Positions 32,595 to 42,259 of a stretch of DNA of 64,000 bases are shown here, one piece after another. Each line of letters opens with the position of its first letter. The stretch's first letter is position 1. The notes under the pieces are model-generated. The model had not been told where the DNA came from and searched no databases. It saw only the letters and a program-made list of their open reading frames with translations. Location: the NCBI GenBank assembly GCA_963666215.2, contig CAXWPL010000005.1, positions 608,001-672,000 of the forward strand, written 5' to 3'. The position numbers and the translations under genes were made by a program. Source of the stretch: Acidobacteriota bacterium. Lineage in GTDB: Bacteria; Acidobacteriota; UBA890; WLXD01.

Positions 32595-33806
32595 CTACTC
32601 GTAGCGGAGGGCCTCGATCGGATCGAGTCCGCTGGCGCGCCGCGCCGGATAGAAGCCGAAAACGACGCCAATCAGCGCTGAGAAGCCGAACGCCAGCAGC
32701 ACCGAATTGGGCGACACGAGCATTTGCCAGCCGGCCTGGGTGGCCAGATAACGCGACGCGGCAAAGCCCAGCGCGATACCCAAGCCGCCGCCCACCGCCG
32801 ACAAGACCACGGCTTCGATCAGGAACTGTAGCTGGATGCTGCTCTTGCGCGCCCCGATCGCCTTGCGGATGCCAATCTCCCGGGTCCGCTCCGTCACCGA
32901 GACCAGCATGATGTTCATGATCCCGATGCCGCCCACCAACAGGCTGACGCCGGCGATACCGGCGAGTAGGAAGGTGAAGGTCTGGCCGGTCTCGGCGATA
33001 ACGTTGAGGAACTCGGTCTGTCGCGAGATGTTGAAGTCGTTGTCGACGCCCGGGCGGAGTCGGTGCTGGCGTCGCAGCACCGACTCGATCTGCGCCATCG
33101 CCAGCGTGATGTGGTTTTCGGTAGGCACCTCGGCGGTGATCGAGGAGATGTAGTCGGTGCCGAACAGGCGCCGCATGGCGGTCCCCAGAGGCAGCACCAC
33201 CACGTCATCGCGACTGCGGAAGCCGCTGTCACCCTTCTCCTCGAGAACGCCAATGATCTCGAAAGCAACGCCGGTGACGCGGATCTCTTCACCCACCGGG
33301 TCGACGCTACGCGGAAAGAGATTCGCGGCGATCTCGGACCCGATCACGGCGACGCGGCGGTTGCCCTCCTGCTCGGTGCCGGTAAAAAACCGACCCGCGG
33401 CTAGCTTCCAGTTGTTCATCTCGAGATAGCCGATCCAGGTTCCGGTAACCGTTACGGTGGCCGCCCGATTCTGGTACTCCAGCTGGATCGACGATCGTTC
33501 CAGCACCGGCACGATCTGGGTAACCGCGTCGCATTGCTCGATAATCTTGTGCGCGTCGCCGATGCTCATCCGCGCGCCGCGTTGACGCGCGCCGGTCCAG
33601 AACCCCGACCCCGCGCGAATCGTCAAGCGGTTAGAGCCCAGGGCCTCGATCTGCGACTGCACGGAGGCCTGCGCGCCTTCGCCCAGACCCACCATCGTGA
33701 TCACCGCCGCCACGCCGATGATCACGCCGAGCATGGTCAGGCTCGAGCGCATGAGGTTGGCGCGCAGAGACGCCAGCGACACGAAGACGATCTCCAGAAT
33801 CAGCAC
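32595..33806 (-). CDS. MacB/FtsX-type ABC transporter permease
   Basis: RSSLTMLGVIIGVAAV, GGIGIMNIMLVSVTERTREIGIRKAIGA, PIEALRYE. Confidence 0.93.
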   Translation of the reverse strand: MLILEIVFVSLASLRANLMRSSLTMLGVIIGVAAVITMVGLGEGAQASVQSQIEALGSNRLTIRAGSGFWTGARQRGARMSIGDAHKIIEQCDAVTQIVPVLERSSIQLEYQNRAATVTVTGTWIGYLEMNNWKLAAGRFFTGTEQEGNRRVAVIGSEIAANLFPRSVDPVGEEIRVTGVAFEIIGVLEEKGDSGFRSRDDVVVLPLGTAMRRLFGTDYISSITAEVPTENHITLAMAQIESVLRRQHRLRPGVDNDFNISRQTEFLNVIAETGQTFTFLLAGIAGVSLLVGGIGIMNIMLVSVTERTREIGIRKAIGARKSSIQLQFLIEAVVLSAVGGGLGIALGFAASRYLATQAGWQMLVSPNSVLLAFGFSALIGVVFGFYPARRASGLDPIEALRYE

Positions 33807-33884
33807 GTTCGCCCGCTCTCCCCCGCGCTCGCTCTAGGGCTTCTCGATCGACACTGGATCGAAGCCCTGTCGAAGTTCCGCCCG

Positions 33885-35444
33885 CTATCCACTCCCGACG
33901 CCCGGGATGCGGTTGAAGCGCGCGAAACGGTCGCGCAGCGCCTGGTTCGAGTTGAGCAGCGATGTGCTCGGCAACATGACCACTTCGGCACCTTCGTCGA
34001 GGCCGTCGACCACCTCGGTGTACTCCCAGTCGCGCACGCCAATCATCACGCGCCGAGGCACCATCGTGCCCTCGGCGTCGAGGATGAACACCACCGCCGG
34101 TTCGGGCGCCTGGCCGACGCCGAAAGCGTCCATGCTGACGCCACCGCCACCTCGACCGCCCCCGGCGCCGCCGGGTGGACCGCCGAAGCCACCGGGACGC
34201 GCCCCCGTCGGGGCGCCACCACGGCCACCGGTGCTACCACCGGGCCGCGCGCCCGCGAACAGCTCGCGGCGCTCCTCGTCGGACAGCTTGGCCATTGCGG
34301 CGCGGCGATCCTCCGGGCTCATGGCGCGCACCTTCTCAGCGGTGAGCTCCTCTTCGTCTGAGCCGTCGCTGGCAAGCGAGTCCGAGCCACCGGGCGCTCC
34401 GCCTGGGTGCTGATTGGCCGCGACGTTGGCCGGCGTGGGCGCGGTGAGCGCCTCGCGATCGAACTCGATGCCGAGCAGGCGAGCCACAATGGCGGCGTCG
34501 GCCATCGTCTTGATCGCTTCGTTCGGAACCGTAAGCACTTGTGGGCGCCGATGGATCACGACATCGGCGTCGGCGTTCATGCCGGGCAGCAGAAGCCCCT
34601 CTGAGTTGTCGATGTACGAGAGCACCGGAAACGTCGTCACCTGCTGCTCCACAACCGCCTGCGGCTCGATCTTGACCACCTGTCCTGTGAAGCGACGGCT
34701 GGGGAAGGCCTCGACGGTGCTCTCGACCGGCAGCCCGGCCTTCACGCGGCCGATATCGATCTCATCGACGAGGGTGCGGATCTCGAGCTCCGTGAGGTCG
34801 GCCATCTCGACGAGCGTGGCACCGCCCGAGATGTTGTTGACCGACGACGTGATGATCGTACCGACCTCGACGTCCTTCTTGATGATGGTTCCGTCTACCG
34901 GCGCCCTCACGGTCGCGTCGTCAAGCCGCTCCTGGCGGAGCTTGATCTCGGCCTGGGCCCGCAGTAGCTGTGCCTTGGCAGTGGAGTAGTTCTGCTCCGA
35001 CTGCTCGAGATCCTGCACCGACACCAGGTCTTGCTTCTCGAGGTTCTTCGCCCTCTCGTATTGTCGATCGGAGATCTTGAGTCGTGTTTCGGCGCTCTCG
35101 AGATCGGCCTGGGCCTGGAGGAACTCCTGCTCGAGCGTCTCGGTATCGATCTGGGCGATTAACTGGCCGGCCACGACATGATCGCCGAGCTCCACCGGCA
35201 TGTTGATCACCTCGCCGGCAGCCTTGCTCTTGACCTGCACGATACGGACGGGACGAAGAACACCGGTGGCGGAAACCGTCACGGTGATGTCGCGCACCTC
35301 CGCCTTGCCCATCGGCACCTCGCCGAGCCCGCTTTCCTCCTTCTCGGCTGTGAGTCGGCCATAGCCGACCCAACCCCCGTAGGCCAAACCGGCGATGACC
35401 GCCAGGGAAGCGAGGCGGCGCAGAACGTTCAGGACGATCTTCAA
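33885..35444 (-). CDS. MacA/HlyD-type periplasmic adaptor
   Basis: N-terminal TM; VSATGVL, VRAPVDGTI, VDEIDIGRV, LLPGMNA; Gly-rich insert. Confidence 0.9.
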   Translation of the reverse strand: MKIVLNVLRRLASLAVIAGLAYGGWVGYGRLTAEKEESGLGEVPMGKAEVRDITVTVSATGVLRPVRIVQVKSKAAGEVINMPVELGDHVVAGQLIAQIDTETLEQEFLQAQADLESAETRLKISDRQYERAKNLEKQDLVSVQDLEQSEQNYSTAKAQLLRAQAEIKLRQERLDDATVRAPVDGTIIKKDVEVGTIITSSVNNISGGATLVEMADLTELEIRTLVDEIDIGRVKAGLPVESTVEAFPSRRFTGQVVKIEPQAVVEQQVTTFPVLSYIDNSEGLLLPGMNADADVVIHRRPQVLTVPNEAIKTMADAAIVARLLGIEFDREALTAPTPANVAANQHPGGAPGGSDSLASDGSDEEELTAEKVRAMSPEDRRAAMAKLSDEERRELFAGARPGGSTGGRGGAPTGARPGGFGGPPGGAGGGRGGGGVSMDAFGVGQAPEPAVVFILDAEGTMVPRRVMIGVRDWEYTEVVDGLDEGAEVVMLPSTSLLNSNQALRDRFARFNRIPGVGSG

Positions 35445-35640
35445 TTCGACACCTGTCCGCCGACCGCGGCGCTCGCCAATACGGAGTCCGGGTCGGTCTC
35501 GTTGAGCTGACCTCCGCGGATCGTCTCGCCCGACTCAGCGAGACTGGCGGAGTCGGTAATGTCGCCCTGCTGGGCGTGCGGAGGCTCATAAACCTGCACC
35601 AAGGTTGCCTCGCTCCCGGAGCAATCACAAGGCAGCCTGT

Positions 35641-35655
35641 GTAAGGAATTGTAAA
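35641..35655. promoter_or_regulatory. Possible OmpR/CpxR-type response regulator box
   Basis: GTAAG-GAATT-GTAAA (CpxR consensus GTAAA-N5-GTAAA), about 200 bp upstream of the adaptor gene. Confidence 0.35.
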
Positions 35656-35693
35656 GGGCCGGCGGGCGCGGCTACGGCGAGAATCGTGGCTCC

Positions 35694-35987
35694 CTACGCG
35701 GTGAGAAACTTCCACAATGCGGAGCAGTCGCCACAGCGGCACAGATGCTCTACAACCGCCGGGCTCGGTTGGCCGCCGTCCGCCATCGCAGCCCAGACAT
35801 TCTCGTCGGGACAGTCGCGCGCCTCCGTTGAAACGTGGGCCGCCAGCTCGGCGGCGACCTTCTCGAGCCAGCGCCAACGGGTGAGGCAGCTCGCGCAACG
35901 GGAAAGGTGATCGGCGCAGTCGTCGTGGCGTTCCACGAACGCCCCTGCTATGCGCCGGGGCGACGGGCATGTGGCGACGTTGGACAT
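35694..35987 (-). CDS. Small soluble anti-sigma candidate with two zf-HC2 (ZAS) motifs
   Basis: CPS...HLSRCASC and CPDE...HLCRCGDC; AAGGA RBS; directly downstream of the sigma factor. Confidence 0.75.
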   Translation of the reverse strand: MSNVATCPSPRRIAGAFVERHDDCADHLSRCASCLTRWRWLEKVAAELAAHVSTEARDCPDENVWAAMADGGQPSPAVVEHLCRCGDCSALWKFLTA

Positions 35988-36022
35988 GGGGGAGTTCCTT
36001 GCGGGTCGGAGAGTTGCTTGCG

Positions 36023-37051
36023 TTACGGATCTAGGAGGTCCAGCCCTCCCGGTTGTGGACCGAAGTCGGTGAATGTGACTCCGCGCGCTCGCAACGCACT
36101 TGCCAAACGTTCGAGACCACGAGCCTGCAGCTCGTACACCCGCTTGTGATTGGTCACGCCGAGTGTCTTGGCAATGACATGCGCCGGCATCCCGTGTGCG
36201 TACCGCAGTCGCAATGCGGCACTCTCCTCGGCGGGAAGTCCGTCGAACAGCTCGCGGAATGCCGCGGCGGCGTGCTCTCGAACCAGCTCGGTTTCCAGCC
36301 CGTTGCCCTCCGCTACCAGGTCGATGGGTTGATCGGTCTCGTCCGCCGTGCGGCCTTCCACCGACAGCCAGCCGCTACGCCAGCGCGTTCCCGCTGCAAG
36401 CCGCCAGATGTGCTCGCTGCCAAGTACGCACTGAACGTCGGCCATCACCCGGTCGAGCTCGCGGCGGTCGAGACGAATCGCGTGATTCGACGCCAACAGC
36501 TCGCCAACCTCGGCGAGCTCGAAGCCCTCCCAGTAGCGGTAGCGGAACACGAGCCTGTGCTCTTCGGGCAGCTGCTGCACTCGCCTCAGGAGGCGACGTC
36601 GCCCGCGAGAGTTGCGAATCCACTCGCGCGCGACGTTGAACGTGACCGCCGCCAGCCAGGTCGTGAACTTGCACGGCCCAGCCGACCCGCGACCGCGGAA
36701 CTGCTTGATGCGACGGCAGTCGCCTTCGAAGAGCCGCGAGCAGACGTGCGCGTAGATCTCCATGCGCTCGTCGTAGTCCCGCGTCATCCTTCTGAGGCAA
36801 CCCAACAAGAACGTCGAGTACCTCGCCAGGAAGGCGTCCCAGGCGGCGTCCCCGTGCTCGTGGACGGCGACGACCTCTTCGGGCAGGCTCTCCGCCGCGG
36901 TGTCCGCGTCGTTGGCGCCCGCGGCGTTCGTTCGGCGGCTGGCGACCGGGCCCCTGCGGCCTTCCGGGGTGCCGCTGGTGCTGTCGGTCGATGGTGCGTG
37001 CGCTTCTTGCGCCCGCGGCTCTCGCCGACGAGCGAACCGGCTGGATCCCAC
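36023..37051 (-). CDS. Sigma70-family (ECF-like) sigma factor with two region-4-like domains
   Basis: AAWDAFLARY, KFTTWLAAVTFNVAREWIR (sigma2); LPEEHRLVFRYRYWEGFELAEVGELL and LPAEESAALRLRYAHGMPAHVIAKTLG. Confidence 0.85.
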   Translation of the reverse strand: MGSSRFARRREPRAQEAHAPSTDSTSGTPEGRRGPVASRRTNAAGANDADTAAESLPEEVVAVHEHGDAAWDAFLARYSTFLLGCLRRMTRDYDERMEIYAHVCSRLFEGDCRRIKQFRGRGSAGPCKFTTWLAAVTFNVAREWIRNSRGRRRLLRRVQQLPEEHRLVFRYRYWEGFELAEVGELLASNHAIRLDRRELDRVMADVQCVLGSEHIWRLAAGTRWRSGWLSVEGRTADETDQPIDLVAEGNGLETELVREHAAAAFRELFDGLPAEESAALRLRYAHGMPAHVIAKTLGVTNHKRVYELQARGLERLASALRARGVTFTDFGPQPGGLDLLDP

Positions 37052-37338
37052 TCAGTTGTCTCCCCGTTGACTGCCGGCACGCCCTCGATCGGGCGCTGCC
37101 TCCCGGCCTCTGTCAACATCAGACGGCCATGGCCGTCACGTTGTCCGGGGAGAGCAACGTATTTCGCGCGATCCTAGCAGTCAGCGGGCGCGGCTGTGGA
37201 AGTGGTGGTCGTGCGCGGGAGGTACCACCGGCAATCAGCCCTGGCGGCGGGCTCGATTCAGCGACGCAACGAGATCGGAGCTCTGCTGTCGCCAGCCAAT
37301 CGATGGCCTTGCCGCCACTCGGAGAAGCCGACAGCTAG

Positions 37339-37950
37339 CTAGGCGTCGGGTAGCTTGCCGCCGCGCAGACCCTCTTGGAACTGCTCGAGAGCGTCCCAGC
37401 GACCTGTGGCGGCCATCGCCGACTGTTCGGGCCACGTGCCCGGGTCGTGAATCCGAAACCGCTCGCCTGCATCCTGCAAGATCGAACGCAGGCGTTCGAC
37501 GTCCGTGGCAGCGAGCTGGGCGTAGCTCCAGATACCAGCTTCGTTGAGCAGCCCTTCGATCTTCGGGCCGATCCCCTCGACGCGTTTCAGGTCGTCGCGC
37601 AGCTCGGCCGCGGACCGACCCGCCGTCGCGGCAATCGGCATCGCCACCGTGGCCGCGGTATCGAACGGCGTGACGTCTTCGAGGTTCACCGGCCTCCACA
37701 CAGACTCCGGCTCAGCCTCGGGTAGACCATCAGCGGGTAGCTCGTCGATGACCGTCGATTCGGCGACCCTTCGGGCACTGCGCTCGCGCTCGAGGTCCTC
37801 TTCGAGCTCGTCCAGTTGGCGACGCCAGCTGCGACGCGCCTGCTCGAGCTCTGTGCGGCAACGCAGGCCGCGTAGCAGCCACCCAATCAGCAATCCCAGC
37901 AGGAAGGCTGCAAGCAGATAAAGGATGATCCGTACAATCAGAAAGGTCAT
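37339..37950 (-). CDS. Membrane-anchored helix-hairpin-helix domain protein (COG3743-like)
   Basis: N-terminal TM, coiled coil, DDLKRVEGIGPKIEGLLNEAGI...DPGTWPEQ. Confidence 0.8.
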   Translation of the reverse strand: MTFLIVRIILYLLAAFLLGLLIGWLLRGLRCRTELEQARRSWRRQLDELEEDLERERSARRVAESTVIDELPADGLPEAEPESVWRPVNLEDVTPFDTAATVAMPIAATAGRSAAELRDDLKRVEGIGPKIEGLLNEAGIWSYAQLAATDVERLRSILQDAGERFRIHDPGTWPEQSAMAATGRWDALEQFQEGLRGGKLPDA

Positions 37951-38087
37951 TGCGCAGCTCCGGGATGACGGCAGCCTAGAGGTAGACAGACTCCCAGGAG
38001 ATCCGCCACGGTGGCCGACTTATAGGCGGCCGGACACCCGCGGTCAAGGTAGGACATGCCGACCCGTACTCCTCCGACACTACGGCT

Positions 38088-39495
38088 GGGATGTCACAGG
38101 CTCCGTTGAAAAAGGGTGACGGTGATCCGACCTCGATAGTGTGTCGGGGTCAATCCACTGGCATGGAGGATCACCGTCATGAGCAAGAGTCGCAGAACAG
38201 AGACAAGTAGGAAAGCGGAGCGCCAAGAGAACCCGCTCCTGGAGGCAGTGGTAGCGGCGCGATCGGATCTACGAGCGCTGGTCATGGACGCGGGCTTCGG
38301 GGTGTTGGGTTCGCTGCTGGAAGAAGACCGGGCGGAGCTCTGCGGAGAGCGCTACGCGCGGTCACAGCAGCGGCGGGCGTACCGACACGGCTACGACGAG
38401 GGCTCGCTGGTGATGGGCGGCCGGCGGGTCAAGGTACGCAAGCCGCGGGCTCGGAGCGTCGATGGCCAAGAGCTGCCGCTGCCGCACTGGGAGAGGTTCA
38501 AGGCAACAGATCCGCTCGAAGAGCGCGCCGTAGAGCAGATCCTGTGCGGCGTCACGACGCGCAAGTACGAGCGCTCGTTAGAGCGGCTCGACGACGGGCG
38601 AGCTTCGTCGGGAACGAGTCGCTCGAGTGTGTCGCGGCGGTTCGTAGCGCGTACAGCCAAGCAGGTGCAGCAGTACCTGGCCCAACCGCTCAATGAAGTG
38701 GACCTGCCGGTGCTGGTGATCGACGGCACGCACATGGGCAAGCACTTGTTGGTGATCGCCATGGGCATCGACGCGGACGGCGTCAAGCATGTGCTGGGTG
38801 TCGTAGAGGGCACCACGGAGAGCTCCCACGTGTGCCGGTCGCTGCTGCGGCAGTTGATCGAGCGCGGCATGCCCGTCGAACGGGCGCGGTTGGTGGTAAT
38901 CGATGGCTCCAAGGGCCTCCGTAAAGCAGTGCGCGACACGTTCGGCGAGTGGGCCCTGATCCAGCGCTGCCGTGTCCACAAGATCAAGAATGTATTGGAG
39001 CATCTGCCAGGGCATATCCGGCCCTGGTTCGCAGCCAAGATCCGCAAGGCGTGGAAGGCGGAGACGGCCACGGCAGCGACCAAGCAGCTCGACGCCGTGG
39101 TCAAGGAGCTGGAGACCGATCACCCCGGTGCAGCGGCCTCGCTCAGAGAAGGAATGCAAGAGACGCTCACCGTCACTCGGCTCCGAGTTCAGGGGCCGCT
39201 GCTTCGGACGTTACGTTCAACGAATACGATCGAGAACCTGAACGGGACGATCAAACACGTCAGCCGCAACGTAAAGCGGTGGCGCTCCGGGAGCATGATC
39301 GTTCGATGGGCGGTTACTGCACTCATCGAGGCCGAGAGCAAGTTCCGGAGGGTTCGTGGCTACCGCGACATCGCCAAGCTCGATGCCGCACTCAACACCG
39401 CCGTCGACGTTCCCCTTGAGCAGGAGCGCCGTACTGCGTAACAATCCCCAACCACTTCACCGTCGCCTTAGTTCAACGGACGGTGGGACATCCCC
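38088..39495 (+). mobile_element. IS256-family insertion sequence, copy 2 (1408 bp)
   Basis: Same IRs as copy 1; 8-bp target duplication CTACGGCT at 38080-38087 and 39496-39503. Confidence 0.95.
38179..39441 (+). CDS. IS256-family transposase
   Basis: Same protein as 341..1603 except one Q/R change (SLEQL versus SLERL). Confidence 0.95.
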   Translation: MSKSRRTETSRKAERQENPLLEAVVAARSDLRALVMDAGFGVLGSLLEEDRAELCGERYARSQQRRAYRHGYDEGSLVMGGRRVKVRKPRARSVDGQELPLPHWERFKATDPLEERAVEQILCGVTTRKYERSLERLDDGRASSGTSRSSVSRRFVARTAKQVQQYLAQPLNEVDLPVLVIDGTHMGKHLLVIAMGIDADGVKHVLGVVEGTTESSHVCRSLLRQLIERGMPVERARLVVIDGSKGLRKAVRDTFGEWALIQRCRVHKIKNVLEHLPGHIRPWFAAKIRKAWKAETATAATKQLDAVVKELETDHPGAAASLREGMQETLTVTRLRVQGPLLRTLRSTNTIENLNGTIKHVSRNVKRWRSGSMIVRWAVTALIEAESKFRRVRGYRDIAKLDAALNTAVDVPLEQERRTA

Positions 39496-39762
39496 CTACG
39501 GCTCTCTGTGGTGTGTACCCGGCGAGGAAGATCGACGAGGATACGCGTTACGCCAACGTCGACAATGCCGGCACCGCACCCCGCCTCGAGCTCGGCGTGG
39601 GCGTCCCAGGCTCGACCCGCGGCGGGTCCGTCTGCTCGCCCCGAGAGCACCAGCGGCCACGCGCAGGAGCGCGTCGCGGCAGTCGGGCAGCCGGCGCATA
39701 CAATGTGATTCATCAGACGCGGTGATGTACCCACCATCCCGCTCGAGGCAAGGAGTCTCTGT

Positions 39763-40335
39763 ATGCTGGCCCGCCATCACTCCGTGGTAGCCGCCGTTCT
39801 GCTCGTTATCGGCGCCCCGGCGACGGGGCGAACCACGCCACCGATGAGGCAGGACCAAAGCGCGGCCGACGCGGTAGCGGCGGCCAAGAGCTCACCGCTG
39901 CTGGAGCTGGCCGACGCCTACTACGAGGCGTACGCCGCCCTCGACCTCGAGCGCATGGTCACGTTCCTCGCCGATGACGTCCAGTTTCGCGACCCGACGT
40001 TACATCTGTTCCCCGGCGAAACGATCGACGCGCAAGCCGGGCTGATGGTGGATGGAATCGACCAGGTGCGGGCCATGCTGGGGCAGGTCTTCGCCAACGA
40101 GAGCCTGTTGGGATTGAGTTGGGAGGTGGCGAACCGCTTCGCCTCGGGCAACTACGTTGTCCTGCAGGGAAGCTTCCACCAAGAGCTCGACGGCAGGCTG
40201 CTTGGCACGCGCGAGCGCGTGCTTCGGATCTCGACAACGTTCGTCACCGTGCTCGAGATCGTCGACGGCAAGATCCGCAGCCAAACCGACTATGTCGACT
40301 ACGGACAGCTCAGCCGCCAGCTCGCCCCCGAATAG
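39763..40335 (+). CDS. Secreted SnoaL/NTF2-like protein
   Basis: AAGGAG RBS; signal peptide; AYAALDLERMVTFLADDVQFRDPT, VLEIVDGKIRSQTDYVDY. Confidence 0.82.
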   Translation: MLARHHSVVAAVLLVIGAPATGRTTPPMRQDQSAADAVAAAKSSPLLELADAYYEAYAALDLERMVTFLADDVQFRDPTLHLFPGETIDAQAGLMVDGIDQVRAMLGQVFANESLLGLSWEVANRFASGNYVVLQGSFHQELDGRLLGTRERVLRISTTFVTVLEIVDGKIRSQTDYVDYGQLSRQLAPE

Positions 40336-40425
40336 ACCTCCGCCCATCTAACCGTCGGCAATCCTGCGACTGTCGGCGCAAGGCGTACTTCGAGCCCGGT
40401 ACTCAGCCCACGACCTCGCGAGTGA

Positions 40426-41991
40426 CTAGGAAGCCCGAGCGAGCACCGCGGCTTCGAGCGGCCTGTGCAACCGCCACCAGCTCTCGGCCGCCTGGCCGTC
40501 CCAGCCCTGATCGGTAGTCACGGAGTCCAGCGTCGCCGACAGCTCGGTCATGCTCGCGACGCGTTCGGCGGGCGACTTGCGCAAGCAACGAAGGACGATC
40601 TCGTCGAGCGCGGCCGGAACCGGCAGCTCTGTACACCGCGAGGGCGCTTGAGGCTCGGTTTTGACATGGTCGACGATCGTCGCCATCGGATTATCGTGCT
40701 CGAAGACCAGCCGGCCGGTGAGCAACCAGAAGGCCACGCAGCCGAGCGAGTAGATATCGGTAGCCGGGCCGATTCCCGAGCCTCCGACCGCCATCTCGGG
40801 AGCCATGTAGCCCGGTATGCCGGTCGCCATGCCGTCCATGGTCAATCGCGTGAGCTCCTCCCGAGGCTTCTCCTCTTTGACCAGCCCGAAATCCACGACT
40901 TTGGCAAAGTCGTACAGAAGCCCCTGGCGGCAAGCGACGATGTTCGACGGTTTGATGTCGCGATGCACCAGGCCGTTAGCGTGGGCGTCGGCGAGAGAAG
41001 CACAAACCTGTTTCAGCAAGTAGACGGCGCGGCCCGCGGGCAACGGACCGAAGCGCTTCACCAGTGACTCGAGATCGATCCCCTCGAGATACTCCATGAC
41101 GTAGTAGAACGTGCCATCTTCGGTGGTGCCGAAGTCGTACACTGCAACCGTGTTGGGCGAGTGCAGCGACGCGGTTGCCTGCGCCTCGCGCTCGAAGCGA
41201 CGGATGGCCAGCCTTGCCGAATCAGCATCGCCGTTCGCAATCAGATCCGGGCGGATAATCTTGATTGCCGCCGGGCGCGCCAGCGTTTGATGCTGCGCCC
41301 GCCAAACCTCGCCCATGCCGCCCTTGCCGATCCGTTCCTGGAGATCGTAGAGGTTGCTCTGACGGGCCTCGAACGTCGCCGCCCGAAAGCGGCCGATCAC
41401 GCCAGCGCCCATCACCGCGACCACCCAGCCAACCAACGACAGCAGCACGAGGTCGCTCAACCTCGCTGAATCCAGAGCCTGGACGAGCAGCCCCGTAGCC
41501 TCTGGCGCGGTGCCTCGCATGAGCAGCGGCGCTACAAGCGGCGCCAGTGCCATCGGTAGGGTCACGACGGCACAACGCTGCCAGGTGTTCGGGATGAAGA
41601 TGGCGTAGACCGGCATGAGCAGAATCATCGAGAAAACCGACACCGCCAGCGCCGAATACACGAAACCGCTCTGGCCGGTCGCCGCCTCGAGTGACAGGCG
41701 CAAGTGGCTGACGGCCACGACGTGCAGCGTGATCGTCGCGAACATCGTCAGCTCGAGCCCGCGCAGTTGCCGCAGGGAGAGCTCGAGCTTGCTGAACAGG
41801 ACGCCGCTGATGGCGGCAAGCACGATCACCACGAGGTAGGCGTACGGCGGTGCCGCTGGCCCGACTAGCAGCCCGCGAACGACGAACGCCAAGACGGTCG
41901 CGACCATGAGCGCCGAGAGCGGGCGCATCATCAGCCGATGGACGAAACCGGTGGCCGCTGATATTGCCTGGGTGTCCGACCCGGACACCAT
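40426..41991 (-). CDS. Multi-TM Hanks-type Ser/Thr protein kinase (may start at 42072 across an in-frame UGA)
   Basis: IGKGGMGEV, AAIK, HRDIKPSN, DFG, YMAPE, DIYSLG; about 6 N-terminal TMs. Confidence 0.92.
   Translation of the reverse strand: MVSGSDTQAISAATGFVHRLMMRPLSALMVATVLAFVVRGLLVGPAAPPYAYLVVIVLAAISGVLFSKLELSLRQLRGLELTMFATITLHVVAVSHLRLSLEAATGQSGFVYSALAVSVFSMILLMPVYAIFIPNTWQRCAVVTLPMALAPLVAPLLMRGTAPEATGLLVQALDSARLSDLVLLSLVGWVVAVMGAGVIGRFRAATFEARQSNLYDLQERIGKGGMGEVWRAQHQTLARPAAIKIIRPDLIANGDADSARLAIRRFEREAQATASLHSPNTVAVYDFGTTEDGTFYYVMEYLEGIDLESLVKRFGPLPAGRAVYLLKQVCASLADAHANGLVHRDIKPSNIVACRQGLLYDFAKVVDFGLVKEEKPREELTRLTMDGMATGIPGYMAPEMAVGGSGIGPATDIYSLGCVAFWLLTGRLVFEHDNPMATIVDHVKTEPQAPSRCTELPVPAALDEIVLRCLRKSPAERVASMTELSATLDSVTTDQGWDGQAAESWWRLHRPLEAAVLARAS
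41971..41989 (-). promoter_or_regulatory. SECIS-like hairpin downstream of the in-frame UGA at 42006-42004
   Basis: Minus strand GGTGTCCG-GGT-CGGACACC; loop starts 22 nt after the UGA. Confidence 0.35.
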
Positions 41992-42259
41992 GCCGTTGTC
42001 GGGTCAGAAATGATGCTCGCAGCCGCCGAGCTCAGCCTGTGAGCCGCCAAAGGACGGAGGCTTGGTGATCATCGTGGTTACCCCTTTTTTCTCAGGGTCG
42101 GGCGCTGTACATCAGCCGATGAGGCCCGACTCGTATTGTGTTGAGCGAGTGCCGAACCGCGACATCGCCCGTTCTGATCGCCAGCTTGACTCGTGACGAT
42201 GAACCATGCCGGCAAATCGCGCTAGCCAACGCGGTTGCCGACCGCCTGCGGGCGTGGTG

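Noticed and set aside
38040-39730. Gene interrupted by IS copy 2
   Set aside because: Rejoining the flanks gave no recognisable protein in the plus-strand frames examined; treated as probably intergenic.
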